Source: Candidatus Gottesmanbacteria bacterium
Lineage (GTDB): Bacteria; Patescibacteriota; Microgenomatia; UBA10105; UBA927
NCBI GenBank assembly: GCA_963701185.1
Contig: OY969569.1
Location: forward strand, 795,548-859,547
Direction of reading: 5' to 3'
Length of the DNA: 64,000 nt
Below, piece by piece: positions 56,944 through 64,000 of this stretch. Under the pieces are notes generated by a model, which saw only the letters and a list, made by a program, of their open reading frames with translations, did no database searches and was not told the origin of the DNA. The position numbers and the translations under genes are program-made. The stretch's first letter is position 1. Each line of letters starts with the position of its first letter.

Positions 56944-58695
56944 GTGTATCAAAGATTTTCTTCAAACGCACGTGGTAAAATGGGTGAGATGAGAAAAATA
57001 TTCCTCATGTGCATGCTTCTAGTTGTGTATTTTTTTGCCGCCCCATATGTGTCTGCACAGGAGTGTAATGCGTCAAATATTTCGTCGATGAATTTATTAG
57101 CGCTCACAGACTTGGGCAATAAATGTCAGGAAGCGCTCAATAGTCTTCAAAATGCGCTGAAGCCGAATGTTGACCAACTGAACAAAATGAATGCCGCAAT
57201 TGCGGCATTTGAAGCTCGCATCAAAACCATCGAAGTAGACGTGGCGGTAAAAACACAGGAGATTGCCGTCGGGGAAAAAGAGCTTGAAGCATCATTAACC
57301 CTGGCCGGTGAACGGATACGCCAGTTTTACATGCGAAGTTATACATTAAACCCCATGTATTTACTTCTTTCCTCCACAAATATCGGTTCGGCGCTTCGCA
57401 TCATGGGGTATCAGCAGGCGGCAGTCAATGAAGACAAAAAAATCATTACTCAGATTGCCCTTACGGTGAAAGATCTGGAAGATAAAAAGAAGGCACTCGA
57501 GGATGAAAAAGCCACACTTGCCGCACTGAAAGAAGATACGGATAAGAGAGCCGCGTCGGTACGCAAATTGGTCGCTGAAGCGACTGCATATGAGAATAAA
57601 TTGCAGGGTGTAATCTCGGCCGTGACTGCCGCGCAACAGGCAATATTGAACGCCCGTAGCGGCACGTTTACCACGAGTCTCGGAGATGTCCCATTGGCTG
57701 ATGATCCCAACGCTGCACCCAATTACAATCCGGGATTTTCTCCTGCGTTTGCCGGTTTTTCGTTCGGCGCGTATACACACAAGAAAGGCATGAGTCAGTA
57801 TGGAGCTAAGGGTAGAGCGGAAAAAGGTCAAGATGCCAACCAGATTTTACAGGCATATTATGGAAAAACTTCTGTTAATAAGGATACCGGGGGTGACATC
57901 AGCGTTTCCGGTTTCGGTAACATGAATTTTGAAGATCGGTATCTTATGGGAATTGCGGAAATGCCATCCAGTTTCCCGAAAGAAGCACTTCGGGCTCAAG
58001 CCGTTGCCGCCCGATCGTATGCATACCGATATAAGACGCAGGGGCAAACAATTTGTACCACACAGGCCTGTCAGGTATTTTCCAGTTCCAAGGCGGATAA
58101 TCCGCCGGGAGAATGGAGAGATGCGGTCCAAAGCACGAGAGGACAGGTGATTGAAGACGTGGTGACCTATTATTCTTCAACCACCGGGGGGTACTTGCTT
58201 ACCATGGGGTGGGACACGACGTGCGGCGGACAGGGATGTTGGACCAGCGGCGCCTATGAGAGCATTGCCGGCTCCCCGTGGTTTTATAAAGGGTGGTACA
58301 CATCAGATTATTATAATAATTCAGCAAAATGCAGCAGAAATAGTCCATGGCTGACGGCTGATGAATTCGCGGATATTTTAAACGCATGGCGTGTGCTTAA
58401 TAGCGGCGGAGACTCTTCGCGTGTGTTACCCGTAACACTGAATAGTTGTTCAATTTCCGGAGCCTCTGGAAACCCATTTTCTATGGCAGAGATGCGCACA
58501 GAAGCGGACAGTCACGGAGGCGCGTTTACAAGTATTTCTTCCGTTTCGGTGACATATAGTACGGAGGGGTATACCAATGCTGTGGTTGTGAACGGTCAAT
58601 CGATTCCGGGGGATCAATTTAAACAGGCGTTTAATTTACGGGCTCCCGGCTATATTTCAATCAGAAGTTCACTTTATAATATCGAGAAAAAATAG
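56944..58695 (+). CDS. SpoIID/LytB-domain protein with an N-terminal coiled coil (cell-wall remodelling)
   Basis: Signal/TM 'IFLMCMLLVVYFFAAPYVSA', a long coiled coil, then a SpoIID/LytB domain ('GMSQYGAKGRAEKGQDANQILQAYYG', 'EMPSSFPKEALRAQAVAARSYA'). The true start may be the Met at about 56980. Confidence 0.6.
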   Translation: MYQRFSSNARGKMGEMRKIFLMCMLLVVYFFAAPYVSAQECNASNISSMNLLALTDLGNKCQEALNSLQNALKPNVDQLNKMNAAIAAFEARIKTIEVDVAVKTQEIAVGEKELEASLTLAGERIRQFYMRSYTLNPMYLLLSSTNIGSALRIMGYQQAAVNEDKKIITQIALTVKDLEDKKKALEDEKATLAALKEDTDKRAASVRKLVAEATAYENKLQGVISAVTAAQQAILNARSGTFTTSLGDVPLADDPNAAPNYNPGFSPAFAGFSFGAYTHKKGMSQYGAKGRAEKGQDANQILQAYYGKTSVNKDTGGDISVSGFGNMNFEDRYLMGIAEMPSSFPKEALRAQAVAARSYAYRYKTQGQTICTTQACQVFSSSKADNPPGEWRDAVQSTRGQVIEDVVTYYSSTTGGYLLTMGWDTTCGGQGCWTSGAYESIAGSPWFYKGWYTSDYYNNSAKCSRNSPWLTADEFADILNAWRVLNSGGDSSRVLPVTLNSCSISGASGNPFSMAEMRTEADSHGGAFTSISSVSVTYSTEGYTNAVVVNGQSIPGDQFKQAFNLRAPGYISIRSSLYNIEKK

Positions 58696-58707
58696 TACAA
58701 TAGAGCC

Positions 58708-59313
58708 GTGCAGAAAGACAGACATTTTTCTCCCACATCACAGCCGCCGACCGCGATGCATCCCTTGACCGCATTTGCCGTCAACCCCATGTCGCTGCGG
58801 TTTGAAACCCAGGAAGAGGCGGAAAAAGTCATTCTTTTTTTACGGCAGCATTTCATCGTCAACGTGCCGTGGATTTTGGTTGCCATTGTGCTGGTTATCG
58901 CTCCGACCGTCATTTTTCCCATCTTATTCCGCGTGTTAAGTCTCAATATGGCGTTTCCCGCCTCCTATTATGTCGTCGGTACGATGTTTTGGTACCTTGC
59001 GACGTTTGGTTTTACCCTGGCAAGCTTTATCGGCTGGTTTTTTAACATTTATATCGTGACGAACGAACGGATTGTGGACATCGACTTTTTCTATTTGTTA
59101 TATAAAAAATTTGCGCAGGCGGAACTGACGAAAATTCAGGATATTAATTACACGAGCGGAGGGATAGTCGCGGCACTGTTTAACTACGGCAATGTAACAG
59201 TAGAAACCGCGGGAGAAGCGCCCAACATTATCTTTGAGGCAATCCCGTTTCCGGAAAAAGTCGTGGAAACGATTCGGGAGTTAACTGAACACGAGGAAAG
59301 GGAGCCTGTATGA
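58708..59313 (+). CDS. bacterial PH-domain (YdbS/YdbT-like) membrane protein
   Basis: Two TM helices followed by 'IVTNERIVDIDFFYLLYKKFAQAELTKIQDINYTSGGIVAALFNYGNVTVETAG', a bPH_2-like fold. Confidence 0.55.
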   Translation: MQKDRHFSPTSQPPTAMHPLTAFAVNPMSLRFETQEEAEKVILFLRQHFIVNVPWILVAIVLVIAPTVIFPILFRVLSLNMAFPASYYVVGTMFWYLATFGFTLASFIGWFFNIYIVTNERIVDIDFFYLLYKKFAQAELTKIQDINYTSGGIVAALFNYGNVTVETAGEAPNIIFEAIPFPEKVVETIRELTEHEEREPV

Positions 59314-59531
59314 CGCCGGTCGCTATTCCATCGTATGTTCTTTTGACCATAAAAATTTTCAGCATTGTGGGACTCCTTGTCTATACCGTGTTTGCCAGCG
59401 TTCTTGTTCGCCAGGAACAGCTCATGGCCCATGTATTGGAAGAACAATTTCAGCCGATTATACGGCTGCTTGTACTTGTGCACCTGATTGCGACGGTCGT
59501 TCTTCTCCTGTTGACGATTATTCTTCTCTAG
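59310..59531 (+). CDS. small membrane protein (2 TM)
   Basis: 73 aa with two hydrophobic helices. ATGA overlap with the upstream gene. Confidence 0.4.
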   Translation: MTPVAIPSYVLLTIKIFSIVGLLVYTVFASVLVRQEQLMAHVLEEQFQPIIRLLVLVHLIATVVLLLLTIILL

Positions 59532-59548
59532 CGTGCTAAGATAAAGAT

Positions 59549-61312
59549 ATGCACGTAAAGCCTTTAGTAGGATCCGTGGTGGGACCCACAAGCGTCACCC
59601 ATTGGGCGCAAATACTTCAACTGCCGACGGCCTACGGCGTTGTGGAGGCGGCATATCCGGACGGAGCCGCAAGAGCGGTAGGAATCCATATATTGAGCTC
59701 GCTCAGTCACCAATTGACTGATGGTCCTGTCAGTCTCAAAGCTATTAGCCGGATTGTTGAAGCTGAGATAAAAGACGGGGTGCGTACCATTTTGGTTGCG
59801 GTACCCGTTGGAAACGTTCTCTATATTGTCCTTCGGGGTACAGGCGACGTGTATCTGAAGCGTGGAAGCGAGTTTGCCCGGCTTCTTACTGGTGCGGGGG
59901 AAATTTCCGGTGAAGTGAAGGTTGGCGATACACTCCTTCTGACGTCGGCGGAATTTTCCAAAGCACTGCATCAGGATGAACTCACACACGTATTTGATCA
60001 TCTGCCGCCGGCGGAGGTCGCTGAGCGTTTGACGCTTCTTTTGCATGAGAAAGAATACGGGGAAGGGAGCGCCGCAGTGATTCTGCAGATTAACGATCTG
60101 TATGAGGCAGAGGTTCCGGAAACGAAAGTTCATGAACCGTCAGTCCCGCGGCACTACCTATCGCCGTCATACATAAAATCTGCTATTCGAAGAGTCCGAT
60201 CACATCCCAAAAAAGCAACGGCGATATTGACCATCGTTTTGATCGCGGTTTTCGGCGTGAGTGTTTTGTTGGGTGTGTGGAAACAGTCAACACGGGTGAA
60301 GAATCAATCCGTTATCAATACGCTCAACGATGCGCGGCATGCGCTGGATGAGGGGATTGCCCTTGCCTCACTCAATCCGGTGAAAGGCCGTGAGCGGCTG
60401 GTCACAGCAAAACAGTTATTGGAGCCACTGCGGACCTCCGTCTCTGCGCGAAGTGACGAAGGGGTGCAGGTTGCCAATCTTTACCGTCAGATCACGGACA
60501 ATCTTACGCAGGCCATGCAGATATATGCGGTGAAACCGGAGCTGTTTTTCGACGCGGGACTCGTGAAGAAAGACGGGAAGATATCATCCGTCGGATTTGA
60601 AGGTACCACCATGGGCATCACGGATCAGATAACCAAGACCGTATATTCGCTCGACGTGACCAGTAAAAATTCCCAGGTTCTTGGCGGAGGGCCGACGTAC
60701 GAAGGGCTTTCGTTCGTTGCGATTCACGGAACTGACATATATGTGTTAACGGATTCGGGGATTAATCAGGTTCAGCTGACGGATAAGCAAACGGCGGTAA
60801 ATGTTGTGAAAAAAGATCCGGAGTGGGGAACAATCAGCGCACTTGTTTCATTTGGGGGGAACCTATATATATTGGATACGCAAAAAAGCCGCATCTGGAA
60901 ATATGTGGCGACTGATACCGGATTTTCCGACACCCGTGAATACCTCAATTCCGATACGCTTCCGGATCTAGGCCGCGCAACCAGTATGGCCATTGACGGA
61001 TCGGTCTGGATCGGCTCTGCGGACGGAAAAATTATGAAATTTACCCAGGGGAAATCTGACACATTTACCCCCAAAGGCGTTGACCCTGCATTCGGGGAAA
61101 ATTTGACCGTCTACACCAGCGATACGACGACTAATTTGTACGTCCTGGACGGGCAAAACAAGCGTGTCGTCGTTTTGGATAAAGATGGGACATATCTTGC
61201 CCAGTATGCGTGGCAGGAAAATATTATTCCCACACAACTTGCCGTATCGGAAAGTCAGAAAAAGATATATCTTCTAGCCTCCGGCCAGCTCTACGCAATC
61301 GGTTTGAAATAG
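59549..61312 (+). CDS. hypothetical single-pass membrane protein with an extracytoplasmic repeat (beta-propeller-like) region
   Basis: 587 aa. TM 'ATAILTIVLIAVFGVSVLLGVW'. C-terminal repeated 'NLYILDTQKSRIW' and 'NLYVLDGQNKRVVVLDKDGTYLAQY' blades. Confidence 0.45.
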   Translation: MHVKPLVGSVVGPTSVTHWAQILQLPTAYGVVEAAYPDGAARAVGIHILSSLSHQLTDGPVSLKAISRIVEAEIKDGVRTILVAVPVGNVLYIVLRGTGDVYLKRGSEFARLLTGAGEISGEVKVGDTLLLTSAEFSKALHQDELTHVFDHLPPAEVAERLTLLLHEKEYGEGSAAVILQINDLYEAEVPETKVHEPSVPRHYLSPSYIKSAIRRVRSHPKKATAILTIVLIAVFGVSVLLGVWKQSTRVKNQSVINTLNDARHALDEGIALASLNPVKGRERLVTAKQLLEPLRTSVSARSDEGVQVANLYRQITDNLTQAMQIYAVKPELFFDAGLVKKDGKISSVGFEGTTMGITDQITKTVYSLDVTSKNSQVLGGGPTYEGLSFVAIHGTDIYVLTDSGINQVQLTDKQTAVNVVKKDPEWGTISALVSFGGNLYILDTQKSRIWKYVATDTGFSDTREYLNSDTLPDLGRATSMAIDGSVWIGSADGKIMKFTQGKSDTFTPKGVDPAFGENLTVYTSDTTTNLYVLDGQNKRVVVLDKDGTYLAQYAWQENIIPTQLAVSESQKKIYLLASGQLYAIGLK

Positions 61313-61327
61313 CGTAAAATAGGGCCA

Positions 61328-61771
61328 ATGAAGATTTTCAATAAGAAAGCCACGTTTGAATATGAGATCCTGGAACGATTTGAGGCCGGGGTTGCTTTGA
61401 CGGGCGCAGAGGTGAAATCCATAAAAGGAGGCCACGCACAGCTGACGGGATCGTTTGTGCGGATTATCGGCTCGGAAGCATACGTGGTTAATGCTCAGGT
61501 ATATCCGTATACCTATGCGCGTCCTGAGGGGTATGACCCGAAGCGGACCAGGAAGCTCCTTTTGCACAAGGCAGAGCTAATCCGCCTGAAAAGCAAGCTG
61601 GAAGGGGCCAATTTGACCTTGATACCCCTCTCTTGGTATACTAAAGGCCCTCTTGTGAAGCTCGAAATAGGACTTGCGCGCGGCAAAAAGCAGTACGAAA
61701 AGCGTGAAGCCAAACGCAGGGAGGACCAAAAAATAGAACTTGAACGGGAATTTAGGGGGAAAGTAAAGTAA
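61328..61771 (+). CDS. smpB: SsrA-binding protein
   Basis: 'FEYEILERFEAGVALTGAEVKSIKGGHAQLTGSFVRI' is canonical SmpB. 147 aa. Confidence 0.85.
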   Translation: MKIFNKKATFEYEILERFEAGVALTGAEVKSIKGGHAQLTGSFVRIIGSEAYVVNAQVYPYTYARPEGYDPKRTRKLLLHKAELIRLKSKLEGANLTLIPLSWYTKGPLVKLEIGLARGKKQYEKREAKRREDQKIELEREFRGKVK

Positions 61772-61772
61772 T

Positions 61773-62182
61773 GGGGATGATTGACTCGACGAGAGATTGT
61801 ACATTAACAACTGCAAGCCGGCGATGATAAAAGAGCCGTAAAACTTTATTAAAATTTATCTGCTGATATTTCAGACAGAAAACAGTCACTCCGCGAAGAA
61901 CTCGCATCACTGCGAGCCTATTTCGGTATGACTCCTCGACAGTTCGCGTTCGCGTGAACTGATTAAGGCGTTTCGCGATAATTTTGTCCGGTGGATTGCG
62001 CGAGGCGGAAACTCAGCCGGAACGTCAGGAATCAATCGACCAGTTGGTTCCGGAGAAATAATTGGTCAAAACCCCGCTTTCATTTTTGTCCGTTTCTATG
62101 AATGCGGGAAATCAAATGGACTACGCTTGTAGACGTTGACGATGTATGCTTTCGGACCCGGGCTCAATACCCGGCATCTCCA
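61773..62182 (+). ncRNA. ssrA: tmRNA (ssrA), CCA not encoded
   Basis: Starts 2 nt after smpB. 5' end 'GGGGATGATTGACTCGACGAGA' matches E. coli 'GGGGCTGATTCTGGATTCGACGGGA'. 3' T-arm/acceptor 'GGACCCGGGCTCAATACCCGGCATCTCCA' matches 'GGACGCGGGTTCAACTCCCGCCAGCTCCA'. A candidate tag ORF ends in '...RQFAFA*' at about 61936-61956, but its assignment is uncertain. Confidence 0.7.
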
Positions 62183-62276
62183 CACTCCGCTCTCGACTTT
62201 CAATCGGAGCTTCGTGTGGCACGGCCACATTCGATGTTGTTTGATGAAAAATAAAACTGGTATAATGTAATAAATT

Positions 62277-62504
62277 ATGCCAAGTCGTTATCGCTTCGAG
62301 GCTATCTTCCTTGTTGATTCAGCAGGTGGAACCATCACTCCGAAATATAATGTCGTTATCAATGGCATGAGATTTAATCAAGGCTCAACGATAGCACGTC
62401 TTACTTCGTTTGGAGGATTAAATTTATTTAACTATGTTGGTAGGCCTCTTGCCGGGACATGGGATCCAGTTAATCGAGTTCTAACAATATTAGGATTTTA
62501 TTAA
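62277..62504 (+). CDS. small hypothetical protein in an AT-rich islet downstream of ssrA
   Basis: 75-aa ORF. The islet 62190..62940 is clearly more AT-rich than the flanks. Confidence 0.3.
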   Translation: MPSRYRFEAIFLVDSAGGTITPKYNVVINGMRFNQGSTIARLTSFGGLNLFNYVGRPLAGTWDPVNRVLTILGFY

Positions 62505-62506
62505 AT

Positions 62507-62881
62507 ATGGGTGGAGGACAAATCGCACTAGATCCAAATGCCGTGCCTCAACCAGAGGAGAAGAAGGCTCCTGTGGGGTTTGATCCAGCTTCGCTGCTAA
62601 GTCGGTTAGATTCACTCGAAAAAGGACACAAATTATTAAACAATACCATAGATTTTGTAAAGGGAACCAATCAATTTGTTCTTGCGGTATTATTTATGGG
62701 TTTTATTGCGATGTTGGCGTCATTTATATCTGGCGTTATTCAAGCAACGAATTCTAATTCGGCGACGCAGATTGAATTTATTAAATCCTTAGATAGTTTA
62801 TCTACTGAAATGAAGAGTTTATCCAAAGAAATTAATGCAATTAAACCAACAAGTACGCCAACTCAGATAGTACCCCAATAA
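62507..62881 (+). CDS. small membrane protein (coiled coil - TM - coiled coil; holin/XhlA-like architecture)
   Basis: 124 aa. Central TM 'FVLAVLFMGFIAMLASFISGVI' flanked by heptad-like 'LLSRLDSLEKGHKLL' and 'EFIKSLDSLSTEMKSLSKEINAI'. Confidence 0.35.
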   Translation: MGGGQIALDPNAVPQPEEKKAPVGFDPASLLSRLDSLEKGHKLLNNTIDFVKGTNQFVLAVLFMGFIAMLASFISGVIQATNSNSATQIEFIKSLDSLSTEMKSLSKEINAIKPTSTPTQIVPQ

Positions 62882-62940
62882 TAAGATTCAACCCATAATA
62901 TCTGTTTTTTCTGTACTATGAATATAGGAGGAGATTTTTT

Positions 62941-63591
62941 GTGCAAATTTTAGATATTATTTTTCCCAAGCGTTGCGTCGGGTGCGGCCGTATCGGAAAA
63001 TATTTTTGTGTGGCGTGCCGGGCGAAAATTCGAATTATTCATTCCAATGAGCGCATATGTCCCACGTGCGGAAGGCTTGCGCTTGACGGGATTACCCACC
63101 CGTACTGCCGGACACGATATGGAATTGACGGACTCACCAGTTTTTTCCATTACGAAGGTGTGGTGCAAAAGGCAATCAAAGCGATTAAATACCGTATGGT
63201 TTCCGATGTAGCAGAAGAGTTTGTGAGCCTACTTTCAATCCCCGAATTTAAAAATTATGTATTGATTCCCATTCCGCTTCATTCCAAAAGATACAGAGAG
63301 CGGGGATTTAATCAGGCAGAGGTATTCGGAAACTTGATTGCTAAACGGTTGAATATAACAGCGCGAACTGATATTCTTCGGCGGACCCGTGCGACCGTGC
63401 CGCAGGCGGAAATTAAAGAAAAAAACAAACGGCTGGACAATATGAAAAACAGTTTTGTGAGCAGTAAGATACGGGGCAATATTGTACTTTTTGATGATGT
63501 AACGACGACAGGAGCAACGCTGCGGAATGCCGCGGACGCACTCAAACGTGCAGGAGCACACCATGTATGGGCAATGACCATCGCACACTAA
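62941..63591 (+). CDS. comFC: ComF family protein (ComFC; zinc-finger + phosphoribosyltransferase domain)
   Basis: GTG start with an AGGAGG RBS. N-terminal 'CVGCGRIGKYFCVACRAKI...CPTCG' and the PRTase motif 'IVLFDDVTTTGATL'. Confidence 0.8.
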   Translation: MQILDIIFPKRCVGCGRIGKYFCVACRAKIRIIHSNERICPTCGRLALDGITHPYCRTRYGIDGLTSFFHYEGVVQKAIKAIKYRMVSDVAEEFVSLLSIPEFKNYVLIPIPLHSKRYRERGFNQAEVFGNLIAKRLNITARTDILRRTRATVPQAEIKEKNKRLDNMKNSFVSSKIRGNIVLFDDVTTTGATLRNAADALKRAGAHHVWAMTIAH

Positions 63592-64000
63592 TATTCGGAA
63601 ACGGTTTCCTTCATCCGCAATTTCTCCGCGACATTCGGGAGGGGGATTGCATTATCGGCGTTGATAGGGCGGCGTATTGGTTGCTTTCACAAAGCATTAC
63701 GCCTGATATTGCTATTGGAGACTTCGATTCCGTACGTATAGAAGAATTAAAGCTCATAAAAAAATCCATCCGGTCGGTCAAACAGTATCCTTCAAAAAAA
63801 GATAAAACAGATATGGAGCTGGCTTTGTCATACGCCCGCGGGCAGACGTTTATCTACGGGTGGTCAGGGACGCGGCTGGATCATACGTTTGCAACACTGC
63901 ACATGATGAAACATCACATATTAATAGATGACCATAACAGAATCCGTCTTATAGGCCGCGGTAAGACGGTTGTAGAAAAAGCGTCCTATAGATATGTTTC
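63567..64000 (+). CDS. thiamine pyrophosphokinase (3'-truncated by the window end)
   Basis: 'MGNDHRTLIFGNGFLHPQF...CIIGVDRAAYWLL...IAIGDFDSV...KDKTDMELAL'. The GDFDS motif is present. The start overlaps the comFC 3' end by about 25 nt. The start codon is uncertain. Confidence 0.6.
   Translation, partial: MGNDHRTLIFGNGFLHPQFLRDIREGDCIIGVDRAAYWLLSQSITPDIAIGDFDSVRIEELKLIKKSIRSVKQYPSKKDKTDMELALSYARGQTFIYGWSGTRLDHTFATLHMMKHHILIDDHNRIRLIGRGKTVVEKASYRYV

Noticed and set aside
1-64000. Possibility of UGA (or other stop-codon) recoding, as in some CPR lineages
   Set aside because: Many well-conserved genes (uppS, smpB, yidD and others) terminate at TGA where their homologues end, and conserved proteins are not interrupted by in-frame TGA. 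The single in-frame stop in the GHMP kinase region is TAA and is accompanied by frameshifts. The standard code was therefore assumed.
1-64000. CRISPR arrays, rRNA genes, IS transposases
   Set aside because: No regularly spaced short direct repeats, no rRNA-like conserved stretches and no transposase-like ORFs (DDE or HUH motifs) were seen. The only repeats are the hairpin family, the 48-nt pair and intragenic tandem duplications.

Overview
This 64 kb window reads as a chromosomal segment of a small-genome, Candidate-Phyla-Radiation-like bacterium. The proteins are short and divergent, it uses the standard genetic code (TGA is a stop), and it carries the archaeal-style mevalonate genes and type IV secretion 'pilin' families typical of that group. 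It includes the replication origin: a dnaA gene with DnaA boxes on both sides, followed by dnaN. Housekeeping genes include valS, efp with epmA, nth, rplY, rnhA, the rpmH-rnpA-yidD-yidC-jag operon, nadD and nadE, smpB with a tmRNA gene, comFC, and a tRNA-Met next to a Xer-type recombinase. The accessory content is dominated by a type IV secretion-like system split into two loci. One locus is the ATPase operon: PrgI-like protein, a hypothetical protein, VirB4 ATPase, and an M23-peptidase membrane protein. The other is an array of eight VirB2/TrbC-like small pilin paralogues plus a VirB6-like polytopic protein, with an ECF sigma/anti-sigma pair beside it. An AT-rich island carrying an orphan 1192-aa protein sits between the two loci. 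A complete mevalonate pathway cluster is present: class I HMG-CoA reductase, an archaeal-type HMGS/thiolase/DUF35 trio, a decayed mevalonate kinase paralogue, an intact mevalonate-kinase::Nudix(IDI-like) fusion, MVD, and UppS. Also notable are a highly divergent SecA-like ATPase just upstream of dnaA, a five-copy family of GC-rich hairpin repeats (one inserted in-frame in rnpA), and 48-nt direct repeats built on a (TGAAAAT)n microsatellite inside an O-antigen-ligase-like gene. Two exported proteins carry perfect internal tandem duplications. No CRISPR array, rRNA, or obvious transposase was seen.
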